From NCBI GenBank assembly GCA_013239625.1, contig MU054662.1:14001798-14065797 (forward strand): a stretch of 64,000 bases of DNA, given 5' to 3'. This document shows, piece after piece, positions 12,907-25,100 of the stretch. The translations under genes and the position numbers were made by a program. This DNA comes from Lama guanicoe. Lineage: Eukaryota. Each line of letters starts with the position of its first letter. Positions within the stretch are counted from its first letter, which is position 1. A model generated the notes under the pieces. That model was not told the DNA's origin and made no database searches. It saw nothing but the letters and a program-made list of their open reading frames with translations.

Positions 12907-15900
12907 AATTTCTGCATAAATAAGCACATTGTGTGCACAGGCTCGAAAACAAAGTTTGGACACCAGCATCACACAGGTCTTCATTTCCTTAAATAGTAGA
13001 AAGTGAAGAGAGAGAGTGGAACTCTGGCTGATCAGAGGCAGCTGGGGTCAGGGCGTGGGGCCCCCGGGTGCACTGTGCTGACTCCGGGGTCTCCGATGTT
13101 TCTCCGGTGCTTGGCCTGCCCTCCAGGGCCTGGGGGGTGCTGCCCATGGCAGATCTTGCTCCCACGGGCGACAGGCCCTGAAGGCACCTATCGGCCTCCT
13201 CGGCACTGGCAGGTCCCGGCTCCGAGGCAGGAGCATCAGACTCAGACCCCTGCTCCCGGTGCCCATCGCTGGGCGGCCACCGCGCCCTCTGCCTCAGCCT
13301 CCCCCCCGGCCCCTCTCGCCTGCTGGCCCGGTGCGTGGCCCACGTCCTTCCCTGTCTTTGGCCTCCAGGCCTTCCGAGTTCCACTTCCCTCCTGACTTCC
13401 CTTCCAGCTGTAAGCTGGGCCGGTGGCCTTCATGCTGACCCTGCTTCCAACACAATGCAAGACGGGAGACGTCAGGATAGTGGGAGAATAATTAAGGTAT
13501 TTCTTGTGTATCCATTTCTTTGAGCAAAATAAAGCCAAGCACGAGCCTTGCCGAGAGGCGCACTGGCCCAAGAGCCCACGTCCAGGACAGTGAAGCTGAA
13601 GGTTTCTCTTGGTGCGAAGCCGCCCACTGTCACTCCCTCCCAGGTGTCACCACGGAAAGCAGCTGAACAAAGAACTGTCGTGAAAACTCGAAAATAAAGA
13701 ACAACAGAGAGTCCCGGGCGCTCCTGCAGGGAAGACTCGCCCCTGCTGCCCTTGGGCTTCTCCCGCCCCCGACCTCTCCCGTCACTTCCGTGCTCCCACT
13801 GCAGCACGAAGCCTGGTTTTCAACATTAATATCTTAGGAAAAACCAGTGCTCTGGTTCCAGAGGAGGGCCTGAGCAGCGCCCCGCCCGAGACGAGACAGA
13901 GACTCGGCAGGCGGGTAGGGAATAAGCCGGCTCCGCCCTCCTCCCGGGACCGGCTCACAGCCAGGGCCCTGCGGGCCGGAGCCACGGAAGGCAGCCGGGT
14001 GACACGGGCAGGGCGGCTCGCTCGGAGCGCGGTGTGCCTGGCGGTCCTCGGTCTCAAGGCCCCTCTCACCGTCCCCACCCACTCAGGACGGGCCCTTCCC
14101 GAGGCTCCCGAGAAGCCGGGCACTCGGACTCGGGCAGGCACGAGACAGGAGCGCAACTCTGGGACTCACCCGCTGCACGCCCAGGCCCACAGCAGGCGGT
14201 GGGTCTAACCTGGGTCAGCACAGCGCAGCTGCAAGGCTTCAGGGGTTCCCCTGGGGCCTTAGCGGAGGAGTCGGGTCACCAGGGACTCACTGATGAGCCC
14301 GTGGGGGGAGAGCTAGTCGGTCCCTCCCCAGCGCGTGTTCAGGAGCACCAAGGAGGGCCCCTGCACCCCCACTGCTCCCCAAAATTCTACCTTCAGCAGC
14401 GACGCGAGCTTAGGAGGCAGATGGCGGCAGGCCTGGCACTCAGAGCAGGGGCGCTTCTCACCTGGACTTCAGCCCCTCCGTACTGAGCGATTCTCAACTC
14501 CATTTAGGTTTCTCTCATATCAACCCAAAAAAGCAGAGGCCGTGTCCCCTGGTGGGGCCGGAGCAGCTCAGCTGGGGAAACACAGACCACTTTCCAGGAC
14601 CCTCCATGGAAACAGGAGACGCAAACCAAACGCTGCTCCACCCTGGGCCGTGAGCGCGGTCGATCCCCGACAGCGCGTCCTCCACAGCCACGTTCCCGGG
14701 ACTCTGGCAGGTTCTCCACGTCAGTTACAGCCACGGCCCCATCACGGCCACAGCGAGACGGTCGGAGAGAGGAGCCTGACCCAGTGAGGCCGTGAGACCT
14801 GCCCGCCCGGAGCTGCCGAGCCCGCACAGAGCGCACCTGCCCCGCAGCCCTGCTGGCTCACAACCGGCCGGGAGGCAGGTAAACCAGTGTCCTCTCCCGG
14901 GTGACCGGGAGGACTCAGAGCCGTGGAGAGGTTCGTGCAGGTCCGCCCAGCTCGCAGGCGCAGAGGCAGAGCCGGGGCCCGCGTCCTGGTTTCCGAGGCC
15001 TCTGCTGCCGAGCTCCCACCAGCTGACGGCACAAGGGCTGGGTGTCCCCTTTCAAAATAAATGAAAGAAGGAAGGAAAGAGTTGTGGGGTCACAACAGGG
15101 GGCTACCCAACCTCCAGGGACACCGTGGGGGTGGCTGTCGGCAGCACCCCTCACTCCCAGGACCTCTCCCCAAGCAAAGGAGGGCCCGTCAGGCAGAGAC
15201 ACAGAACCCTGAGAGCGGATTCACTGTCCCTCCCCGTCCGGGCTTCATGCAGAGGCACCGCCCCTGTGCCAAGGAGGACTGGGCGCTCTGGTCCCCATGG
15301 GATGGAGCCAGGGGACTCCCAAGGAAACGCCAGCTCCCTTGGAGGCTGGAGGCTGATGGGCTATTTCCATCTCTACACTCCCTCTTCCAGCTTTCTCCTC
15401 TCCTCCAGGAGCTGGGGGATCCCTTGGCACCGGGCTCTTAAGAACCAGGTTGGCGTGTTCAGAGCAGCACGGCTGCCTTAGGCCTCGCTCCCTAGAAGGA
15501 AAATGCCCGCAGGTGCCCGGCCCCGGCACGGTCACATTTCGGCAGTTCTGCCCCCTTGGACACGCCCCTGTGTTCGTGTCTGCTCAGATCTGAACCCCGG
15601 CTCCCCTTTCTGCATTTGCCTACGGCCCCTGCGCGGCCCACCGTGGAGGCCAGGGGCTGTGGGCTGGGGAACGGAGGGGCCAGGGCTCTTCCCCTCACCG
15701 TCACACGGGGCGGTCAGGGCACACGTGGCCGCACTGTGCACACTGTCGGTCACCGTTTGGCCCTGCATCGTCAGTGCGCAGACGGTGCACTTTCAGCGGG
15801 AACCTTCTCTCGGTGTTGAGGGCCGAGTGAGGACACAGGCAGGCACCCCTCACAGCGTGTAGACCAGACAAGTCAGGCGGACACACACCTGGGATTTGGC

Positions 15901-16227
15901 ATTCACGCCACACACGCCCTTCTGCACAGCAAGGAACAACTGGTTCTAGCAGTCTCCCGGTTCCTTTAAAAAGGTCACTCAAAGGTTGAGGGTGTCTCTG
16001 AGTGGGACAGGCTTCTCTCTGGTCTCTGACCTGCCCCTTTGGTCCTCGGGCAGCAGATACCAGGGAGTCACCCTAATCCACGTGCTCCCCGGGCAGTGAG
16101 GGGACAGGGCTTCAGGGAACAGCAGCGGCCGAGGGTACAAGTCTATTTCCCAGCCGAGGAGGAGAGCCCAGCTCAGCCCGTCATGTGCTGCGAACACAGG
16201 TTACTGAAAACTCTGTGTTGCCATGTG

Positions 16228-16310
16228 GGCCGGCCCCTACCTGACGCTGTGGCCTTAGGTGAGACACTCAGACTCCCCGTGCCTCAGTGTCCTCATCCGT
16301 GTCATGAAAG
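16228..16310 (+). mobile_element. MIR fragment
   Basis: gctgtggccttaggtgagacactcagactccccgtgcctcagtgtcctcatccgt matches the MIR core. Confidence 0.65.
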
Positions 16311-18231
16311 GAAGGGACCCAGCCATCTCCAGTGTCCCTCTCAGTTCTGAGGACCTCTACTTTCCCACTCAAACCAGTGCGACTCGTCTGGGCAGGGGCG
16401 CCAGGCGGAGGTCATGGGTGCCTCCCCGTCATCACAGTGATATTTGTGCAACGGTTGTGTCCTCGTCTCCATAAATCACTCTGGCGTCCCATCAAAGCAT
16501 CTCTAAAACGCCTGGTTTCTTTCAGCAGGAAGGCACCGTGGGCAGAGTCCGGCGGACACCACCACCAGGGCCCTCGCAGTTGTTTTGATGGATGGGGAGC
16601 GAGCGATGCAATTCTAAGCTCCCACGTTAGACCCTGAGCGGACGCCGGTTAAGGGGCTGAGGGTATGAGGCTCCAGGACTGATGGAATTTCCAAACAGCT
16701 TCTTCCTCGTCCCGGGGCAGAATCACACCCTCACGGGAAGAAGCGTCTGGTGAGCAGGACTCTGAGGACAGATTCTCTTCCCCACGCTCCTGAAGGGGCC
16801 GCCAGTGCGAACGGCGGTTTGCTTCTAGATTGGGACTCTTCAGATGCGCTGACGCGCCTACAACCTTCCTGCAGAGGCTCCCACGTCATCCACGTCTCCC
16901 GGATCCGACACCACCAGCCGTTTTCCATCTGAGCTGCTGGTCGGCCTCCCATCCGGCCTCCCCCTTCATGACCGCTCAGCTCAAACCCACTCTGCAGACT
17001 GCACAAGAGCAAGACTCAGAGTGTAGGTCACGGCCCCCCCACGCCACACAGTGATGTTCCATCCCTTCTGGAATCAAGACCGAGACGGCTGACATGAGCT
17101 TCCAGGGCTGCGGGCATCGTCTGGCCCCGCCCAGCCCCCCAGCCTCATCCAGGACGCCGCCGCCTTCCTCTGCGCTCCAGCCCCACGGGACACGTCCCCG
17201 AGCCTCTGCTGTGCGGCCTCGGCACATCCCGTTCAGTCTGCCTCCCCCGGCCGTCCCCTGGGCTCTGGTGATCTCCACCTTCATCCTGGGGATCTCAGCT
17301 CAGTTGTCGCTTCCATAGGAAGGTGGCCTCGCCCCCTGGCAAACCAAGCCCTTCCCACAGGCCGACACGCAGCACACGCCGCTCCCCGCAGACACGTCAG
17401 CTGCGACCTCCACGACGCGGGCCCGTACCTCAGCCTGTCTGTCTCTCCCATGAGGCAGCAGCACTCTTGAGAGTCAGGTCCATAAGGATTTTTGTTCGGG
17501 GATCGCATAGTAGTCACTCAATAAACCCACCAGGGGCAGGACTGTGTTGGGCTGCAGCGCAGAGACGAGCGAGGGGCGTCCCTGCCGTGCAGGCCCCGGG
17601 GACACGAAGCAGCAAGGATGAGACAGGCTAGGCCATGCGGGACCTGCCGCAAGACACAGCGAGCCTGCTTCCACCTCTCCTGATCTGCCAAGCCATCTGA
17701 CCCCGTCCAGGGAACCATTTAAGTGTCCCCAGCTGGGCTGTCCACGTCCCTGTCGCCAAGCCCTCGTCCTCCTTCTCCTCCTGTGGGCACAGCTCCTCCC
17801 TGTGCGGTTGGTACAGTGCGTACTTGCCAGCGCTGCAGACGAGACCCTAAATTTCAAATAACCGGGGCCCTGATTGGATTAAACCTCCTGAGAAACTGGG
17901 TTCGCACGAAGCCAGCAGCCCACGCCAGGGCCCACGTCTGAGTTTATGGAGAGACTCTCACCCTCAAGCGACGTGAGCTCCAGCTCTGAGCCGCCGCGCG
18001 TGTCTGGCTGGCAGCTCGGGGCTGGTGTCTGTGGACAAGCATGAACCCGGGAGCGAGGACCCGCTACTCACGTTCTCTGCACGTCTGCCTCCCGTAAGCA
18101 GAGGGCACCCCTGTCCTCACTCTGCAGATGGCGGTGCTGGTGGGCTGGCCGAGACCCAGGCTCCCAGAGACAGCACGATGGAGTAGACAAGGTGACACTT
18201 AGCGCTCGCGTGACAGGCTAGTGACCCGTGA

Positions 18232-18870
18232 GCTTGTCCACTCATTCATCCGCTCACTCAGTCATTCAGCAAACACGTTTGAGCACTTGCTCCAGATCTG
18301 TCGCTGCGCTGGGACTGAGGTCATGTTGGAGAACAAAACGTGTGTGACCCCTTCCTTTAGGGGGCACAGTCTGGGGAGGAAGACAGGCACAAAACAAAGG
18401 ATCACTTTAAAACCATGGATCACAGTGTTGGGAAAGAGAAACCGTGTGTCCTGGATTTGCAGGGTGAGGGGGGAAACCTACCCTCCCTTAGAGCATCCAG
18501 AAGGCTCCCCTGAGGACGAGAGACTTAGCAGAGCCCAGAGGACAGAAAGGACATTCGGCCAGAAACGTCACAGGGGAGGACCAGGTTTTTCAAGGCTCAG
18601 ATGACCTCGCAGGGGAAGCCCCTGAGGAGGGAGCGAGCACGCTGTGCTCAGAGTGCTGAGGGCGGTGGAGCAGCGGCCAGCCACGGCGGGGACCAAGCTG
18701 GCTACTTGGACTCCATTCCAAAGGCAACCAGAAGTCTGCGCAGGGCTCTTCTTTTCCTTAATGGAGGAACGGGGGATCGACCCCAGGACCTTGTGCAGGC
18801 TAGGCCCGCTCTCGACCCCCGAGCTGTACCCGCCCCCGTCTGCATAGGGATTTACGCAAAGATAAGCTCA
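18232..18870 (-). mobile_element. L2 3' portion, interrupted by a SINE
   Basis: cattcagcaaacacgtttgagcac...gctgggactgagg...gaacaaaac is the reverse complement of the L2 3' end. L2-like sequence continues to about 18870. Confidence 0.65.
18748..18837 (-). mobile_element. Camelid tRNA-derived SINE (Vic-1-like), copy A
   Basis: ggaggaacgggggatcgaccccaggaccttgtgcaggctagg...gagctgtaccc preceded by a T-rich tail. TSDs are gtctgcgcagggct (18734-18747) and gtctgcatagggat (18838-18851). Confidence 0.8.
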
Positions 18871-19587
18871 GAACTGGACGACCTCTGCCCTCCTGATATC
18901 ACGATCGAGGAACAAACGAGACCAAAGATAAATCTTCCAGGTAAACCACGAGGCTTATACTCGGCATGACCCCAGGGCAAATGCCCAGGGATGAATTTTC
19001 GAGGGCGCCCCCTCAGACCGTGTCAGAGAGTCTAGTCTGCACCTCGAAAAGCGGGATGGGCGGGTGTCTCCGGGCCCCCCGCTGTTCCGTGCCATTTCCG
19101 CTCCAGTTGGGCCTGGGCCCCGACGCAGGGATTCAGCGGGCCCTTCCAGAGGGTCTCAGCACAGCCTCCCTGCTCATTAAAGGGCTGCTGCCACACTCAC
19201 CCAGCACGTGGCCCTGGGGGGGGGTCTCAGAGCATTTTGCAAACACTTAAGTTATTGGTCCAGTGACCGCAGGGGCATCCCCAGCCTCTCTGCACCGAGG
19301 GGTGTGGGCAGAGGGAGGAGCCGGGAAACGTGCCAGGCCAGCCTCTGGGGCGGCGGAAGGACTTGCAAGGTCTCTGCATGGCCCCCGGGGAGCACTCACA
19401 CGTGGGGCCATGGCGGGGTACGACGGGGCAGCGTGCGGGTCTGCTGCCCTGGTGTCCACAGGGGAGCATCACGGCTTGGCGGCTTCAGCAGGGAGCCCAG
19501 GAGGCCGGACAGGCAAGTCCAGAGGGCGGGGCTTGCACTCCTTAAGAGGCCACATGTGATCGTGAGGGTGGCTTAGCTCTGGCTTGG

Positions 19588-19647
19588 GGTGTGCTTGTGT
19601 GTGTCTGTGTGTCCGTGTGTCTGTGTCTGTGTGTCTGTGTGTGTGTG
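19588..19647. repeat. Compound (TG)n/(TGTGTC)n microsatellite
   Basis: gtgtgcttgtgtgtgtctgtgtgtccgtgtgtctgtgtctgtgtgtctgtgtgtgtgtg. Confidence 0.85.
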
Positions 19648-22600
19648 GGGACATGAGTCAGGGAAATGAGAAGAGGAGAGAACTGTACTCTCACATCTAC
19701 GGGAAGGTAACAGGAAGCCCATTTGTCTGCAAGTTGATCTCTGGTTACAGGATTTATTTCTGCTCCATTCTCAGAATTGCCTTCAGTCCCACCCTGGACC
19801 CTACAAACTCCTCCGTCTCAGGGCCCAGAGTTGAGGCGGGTAGAAATCTAGCAAATGGAACTGCACTCACGCCCTGCCGTGTTGCTGCCTCCCCACCCGT
19901 CCAGGAAAGGCAGAGGCAACCGAGGCCTCGCAGGAAGAGAAGCAAAGTCTAAGTTTTCCATCGAGAGCAGAAAGGCTGGAGGGGCCAGAGCCCACGAGCT
20001 GGAGCTCGGCGCCCTCGGGGGGGTCAGCAGGGGGCAGAGGGGAGCGGGGCCAACCCCAGGTGGTGCCGCCTGCCTCCTTCCTACGAGCGAGCCCTGCCCG
20101 GCCCCGTGTCTGGAAGGCCCTGTAGCCCGAGGCAGCTGCTGGGGCGGGCGCAGCCCCCGGGGTCCTGCCCAGCGAGCCTGGGACAGGGAAGCCCCCACCC
20201 AGAGGCTACCGGGGACGGGGCTCCTGAGGTGCCAGCTGTCCGAGGCTGACGCACAAGCCCGCTCCCAAAGATACTGCAAAGCCACACGGGGGACCGGAGG
20301 GGCCGTGTCTGCGGGCCGTGCAGGGAATCCCAGCCCAGGACGCTCGAAGTCAGCAGGCCCAGGACATTGGGTCCAGGAGAGCCCCTTGCTCCAGGCACTA
20401 GTCTATCAGAACCTGCACACAGTCTCGGGTGAATGAGTGGGGGCTAGAGTGGCAGGTTCCACGTCACCCCAAAACCGGCACGCAGGAGCAGGCATGGTTG
20501 CTCCACCCTCCTTCTCCCCTCCTCTCGCCCGGTGACTGGGAGACCAGGCTGGGTTTTCTGTGTCCACCCTGCTATCACCTAACCTACGTTCGGGCTGCTC
20601 TGTCCACCTGGAGACAAGAAGCCTACGCCACTGGAACCCACTCCACAGATGGGTAGACTGAGGCCCAGAGGGCTCCGAGTGGGCGCAGTGCCCCATTTCC
20701 AGCCCCGTCTGGGGCTCGGGGGGGCCACCCTTGTAGACCACAAAGGTGTGACCGTCAGCCGTAGATCCCAGCAGCTGGCGCGAGAGGCCAGGCCCAGAGC
20801 TGCTGACTCACAGGCCCAGGCACGTGTCAGCCGTGTAAGGACTCTCCTGTGACTCTGCAGGTACAGGACGGGCAGTGGGGGCGAGAGCAGAGCGCGCTGG
20901 GAGGAGGCGTCCCTGACGGACCTCAGGCTGAGCCTCACTGCCCAGCGCCGGGCCCCGCAGCCGACACCCAGCTTCTCAGACACGGCCTGGTGGTGCTGAC
21001 AGCACGCGTCTGACCTTAATCTTACGTCTGCCATTTTTAGGGGGTTAGGGCCACAGGGTGGCTGGCGGGAGTGGGTGCAGATCTGTGTCTGTCATGAGGG
21101 CGACGAGGCCGTGACGGTGCCCGGACTCCCAGCCCCGTTCACGTCTCTTCTGCTGTGAGTCTGGGGCACTCTCCCACCCGACCTGCTGCAGACCAGGCCC
21201 TGTTAGCAGGCTCCTCGACACCGCAGGGGAGGGCGTGCCCCCCGGCACCCCAGCCCGACTGCCTGAAGGAAGGTGTGTGCTCGGGGAGGGGAGCCGCACC
21301 TCACGGCCGTCTGAGCAAGTCCTGGGCTCAGAGAGTGGGACGTGGGAGGAGCCCAGGCCCACAGCCTGGGTGTGGGACTGAACCCAGCCCAGTCCAGGGG
21401 GAGGGGCAGTCTTCACAGCCAATTCCCTGCTTGGAGTCAGGACAGAAGCGGCCCAGCAGGAGGGCCGAGGAGAGGGGGACAAACGGGACGTGATGACGTG
21501 GCCTGGACAACAGAGCCCTCCACACTGAGAGCCAAACCCCCACCAGCGGGCCGCCGCCGGCCGGTACAGGGCTGTGCTGAGCTTCGGAAGCTGAGCCTGG
21601 GCCCTAAAGACAGCGCCCCCACGCGCACCCCCGCTGCCCTGCCGTCCCTCAGGGCTGGAGGGAGCGGCAGCAGGAGGGGGGCTGGGCTCGAAGGCGGGGG
21701 CAGATTCTCAGGGACAAGGTGGGCTGAGAAGGAGCTGGGGTGCTCGCTGGAAATGCAGGTCTGAGTGCGGGCGGGGTTTCTGCACTTTAATCTGCAGCCC
21801 ACACTCCACCTGCTTCGCCCATCCTGCTCCTCTTCCTGCAAAGCCCCCTGACCCGGGGCAGAAGGCTCCTGCACGGCTGGTCTCTCCTGCCTGGGACCAC
21901 AGCCGCCCCTCACTCTGTGCTCAGGGTCACAGGAGTGTCCTAAGCCTGGGGTGAAACTAAATTGTCAATGGAGGCCGCTCCCATCTTGGGTGCAGGCTCG
22001 TTAAAGGTCCCACTTGTCAGAGATTCTGCCCAGAAAAGCGATTCATGGCCATCAGTCTGCCCCCACCCCCACCGGAAGGCACCAGGCGACAACATTCGCC
22101 TTAAAGTCGCTCTGGGATGGAAACGTGTTTTACCAAAAGACAGAAGCTGCAGAATGAAAGGGCACCGAGGCCCACCTCTCACCCTGGCCTCTGCCTTTAG
22201 ACGCAGGAAAAGTAAGCGGCCAACGAGCTGGTATCAGCCCCGGCGGGAGGAAACGCATCCTTACGAACAAAAGGAAAAGTCTGAACACATCACAGAGGAG
22301 CTCAGGGGTGTGAGGAGGAGTCACAAGCAAGCCCCGGGGTCGCTGGAACTTCTGGGCACGGCCGGGCCCTGCTCCCCGCCGGAGCCCTCCGGAAGCGGTG
22401 CTTTCCTGGTCTCCCTGGACCCCCCAGGCCACCCCCTCCTCCCGCTGGGCCGGCTCAGGCAGGGTGGCCGCCCTCCCCAGGGAGCTTCATTCCCTGAGGG
22501 CCGAGGGGCTGGGGCCAGGTCATGGCCTGGAGCACAGCAGGCCCCAGGTGCAGGCTGCCCCCCACAGCAAGGTCAGCGCTCCCCACTGATGGAGAGGACC

Positions 22601-23839
22601 CCGGGCTCCTCCAGGAGGCAGGCGCCACCCCTCAGGGTGCACTGCAATGCAGCTCCCGCTCGCGCGCACTCCCAGCCCTCCCCTCAGAAAGTGCGACGTT
22701 CCGGTCCTGCAAGGAGGGCAGCAGGCTCGGCCAGCACCCCGGGGGCGGGGGTCTGAGCCCGGCTGCTCTGCCGGCTCAGCGGGAGGGGGGAGGCCGGGTG
22801 CGGGGGGGCCGAGCTGTCACCCAGGTGAGGGGTGGCACACACGGGAAAGTTTGTCTCCTCTCTTGGACCCGGAGCGCCCACCTGGCTCCCTCTACCAGGC
22901 AGGAGCGGGTACTGAGCATCTGCCGCCTTCCTCTGAGCCCATCCTGCTGAAACCCCCTCCCCGGCTGGAACCTGGGAGAAGGGGGGAGCACCCCCTCCCG
23001 ACGCCCCGACCTGAAGCAGACAGCCCCGAACATGGCTGTGCAGGGCCCAGCTCTGCTAGGAGTACAATTTTAAGACAGCATTACAAAACATTATACCATA
23101 GGTTTTTTTTTAAGTCAGTCCTCTTTTTCCTTCTCCCCAATAAACTTTCATTTTTCTGATTTCACTTTGGTAGCTCAGAAATACTCAGGGCTTCATGTTC
23201 TTCAAAACAAAAACCAAGTAATTCTGAATATAAAACCGTAAAATTGTGTTTAACCCGTATCGAGACTTGTAAGGCTAAGAGCCTTAGTGTTTACATCTGC
23301 ATATTTATCCACAGGACTTTGGGTTGACGCTAACGTGTAACCAAACGCATGTATCTCAATTTGGAAAAAAAAGAGAAAATTCTTGCTGGGCCGGATTGAA
23401 GGGTTGAGGATGGAAACCCACAGACCCTCTGGTGCTACTAAAACCTCAGAAGCCCAGCCCAGTCCCTTCAGCTTGTTTGAAGGATGCCTGCAGGCATTCA
23501 GCTGTCTGCTTGCAAAAGACACGCGTGCAATTATCAAACCTATTAAAACGCGTTGGGTTCTGCAACACTCCCACTGAGCTCATTCGGGCAGGATTGCAGC
23601 ATCTCACCTGGGTCGCTGCAGAACTGTTCCCCAAACCAGTAACTGCCGTGATAGGTGGACCACATTTAAACCATTCGGTGAGGTAGGGAAGGTGCTGAGG
23701 AGAGCCAGGTAAACGCGGGTCCCCACCCCTCCTCCGTATGAACATTCCAAATTCTGTCGGGAAATTCACGGTTCGGATGCGGGGGGTGGGGGGGAGAAAT
23801 GGGATTCTGAATTTCAAAGGCACAATCTGCCCATTTGGT

Positions 23840-24056
23840 GGAAGGAGAAAGAAAGGACAGAGCTGAGACAAGAGATGCGGGAGCAAAGGAGGACAGATGG
23901 GAGAGGAAGGGGCTGAAGTGAGAGGGGAGAGAGGTGGCGAAGGAAGCAAGCGGGGAAGAGAGGAGTGGGAGAGAGAGAAAGGAGGAGAGACGGGAAAAAT
24001 AGAGCCGCTGGGAGATGCAGAGAGGAGGGAGTCGGCAACGATGGAGAGAGAGCAGG
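23840..24056. repeat. GA-rich (polypurine/polypyrimidine) low-complexity tract
   Basis: About 215 nt dominated by G and A on the + strand. Confidence 0.75.
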
Positions 24057-24413
24057 ACGCCCCCCAGCCTGCCAGTCCCAACAGAAGCGGCGAGGATCTA
24101 TCGCTGGGAGTTTAAGCCCCTCGTCTCCTACCCCTGGGACCACAACTGGTTAACGCCAGCCGGCACCTTCCCCAGAAACGGCAGTGCCTCCCAGCACGGT
24201 GCAGATCTCGAACCCAGCTCACCCGCTGCACCGCGGAAAGGAGGGCAGACCCCAAACCCCTGCTGCGAGCCTCCGCGTGTGCGTGCACACAGCAAGCCCC
24301 CTCTCCCCTCACGGGCATCTCGCACTCCCCCTTCCCCGGGCTCCCCTCCTTCCCTCCGGTCCTGCTCCAAGCTCTCCGAGCCGCCCAGGGAGCCGAGAAC
24401 CCCGCCCGGGTAC

Positions 24414-24474
24414 CTGGGATGAAGAGCAGGGCGACTGTCACCGAGAAGACGGCCCAGCAGGCAGGGTGGTGCAT
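24414..24474 (-). CDS. OPCML: OPCML (opioid-binding protein/cell adhesion molecule-like, IgLON family) first coding exon 1a, encoding the signal peptide; partial CDS, remaining exons lie beyond position 1
   Basis: The minus strand reads ctcaag-ATG CAC CAC CCT GCC TGC TGG GCC GTC TTC TCG GTG ACA GTC GCC CTG CTC TTC ATC CCA G|gtaccc. This is 61 nt = MHHPACWAVFSVTVALLFIP plus the first base of Gly, with a Kozak A at -3 and a GT donor at 24413-24412. It matches the recalled OPCML 1a leader [21 protein letters not shown]. Confidence 0.93.
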
Positions 24475-25100
24475 CTTGAGGCTGCGGTGTCTCGGCGGCN
24501 NNNNNNNNNNNNNNNNNNNNNNNNNNNNNNNNNNNNNNNNNNNNNNNNNNNNNNNNNNNNNNNNNNNNNNNNNNNNNNNNNNNNNNNNNNNNNNNNNNNN
24601 NNNNNNNNNNNNNNNNNNNNNNNNNNNNNNNNNGGCAGCGTCTCTGGCTTTTCCTTGCACAGACACACAGCTGGTGAGAACCATCAGCACCAGCGTGCGT
24701 GGGGCTCCGAGCAGACCTCCTCCGAGGCACACATTGGCTCCCCTCGCCTGAGCGACACGCGGGCACTTGCTTTCCGGGAGGGAGGCTGGGCTCCGGGGGA
24801 GTTGCAGTTTGGCCCTCACTTGCCCTCGCCCTTGCCCTCGCCCGGAGCACAGGGTGTGCACAGCGCTCTGGCTGCTCCGTGGGCACCCCGAGCGCCTTCG
24901 TGGGAGGGGCTGCAACTGTCGGTGTAGACCATCCTCCCCCAGCATGGCTCAGGGCGCGACAGGAAAGTGTGACCAACGCTCACGCCAATTTCTCAGCACC
25001 GTCCCTCTTCCTGTTCTCTGGGCAGGGAGGTGACCACGGGGACCACACAGATGTTTAAATCTGCGCCCACTCCCCCAGTCTGCCATTAGGAGCCCTTGGA
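24475..25100 (-). promoter_or_regulatory. OPCML: OPCML 1a 5'UTR and proximal promoter region, interrupted by an assembly gap
   Basis: Lies directly upstream of the ATG, is CpG-rich, has no recognisable repeats and has gccgcc next to the gap. The TSS cannot be placed from sequence. Confidence 0.6.
24500..24633. other. Assembly gap (134 N) within the OPCML 5'UTR/promoter
   Basis: N run whose near edge is about 25 nt upstream of the OPCML ATG. Confidence 0.99.

Larger units (their letters stand above)
1..24413 (-). other. OPCML: OPCML intron 1 (5' portion)
   Basis: Follows the exon 1a GT donor. Neither exon 1b (MGVCGYLFLPW...) nor exon 2 (VPVRSGDATF...) appears in the ORF track or in what I read. 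IgLON first introns are known to be very long. Confidence 0.85.

Noticed and set aside
24112-24945. 277-aa minus-strand ORF containing the OPCML leader
   Set aside because: It spans an N gap and reads through the splice donor. Only 24414-24474 is supported as coding.
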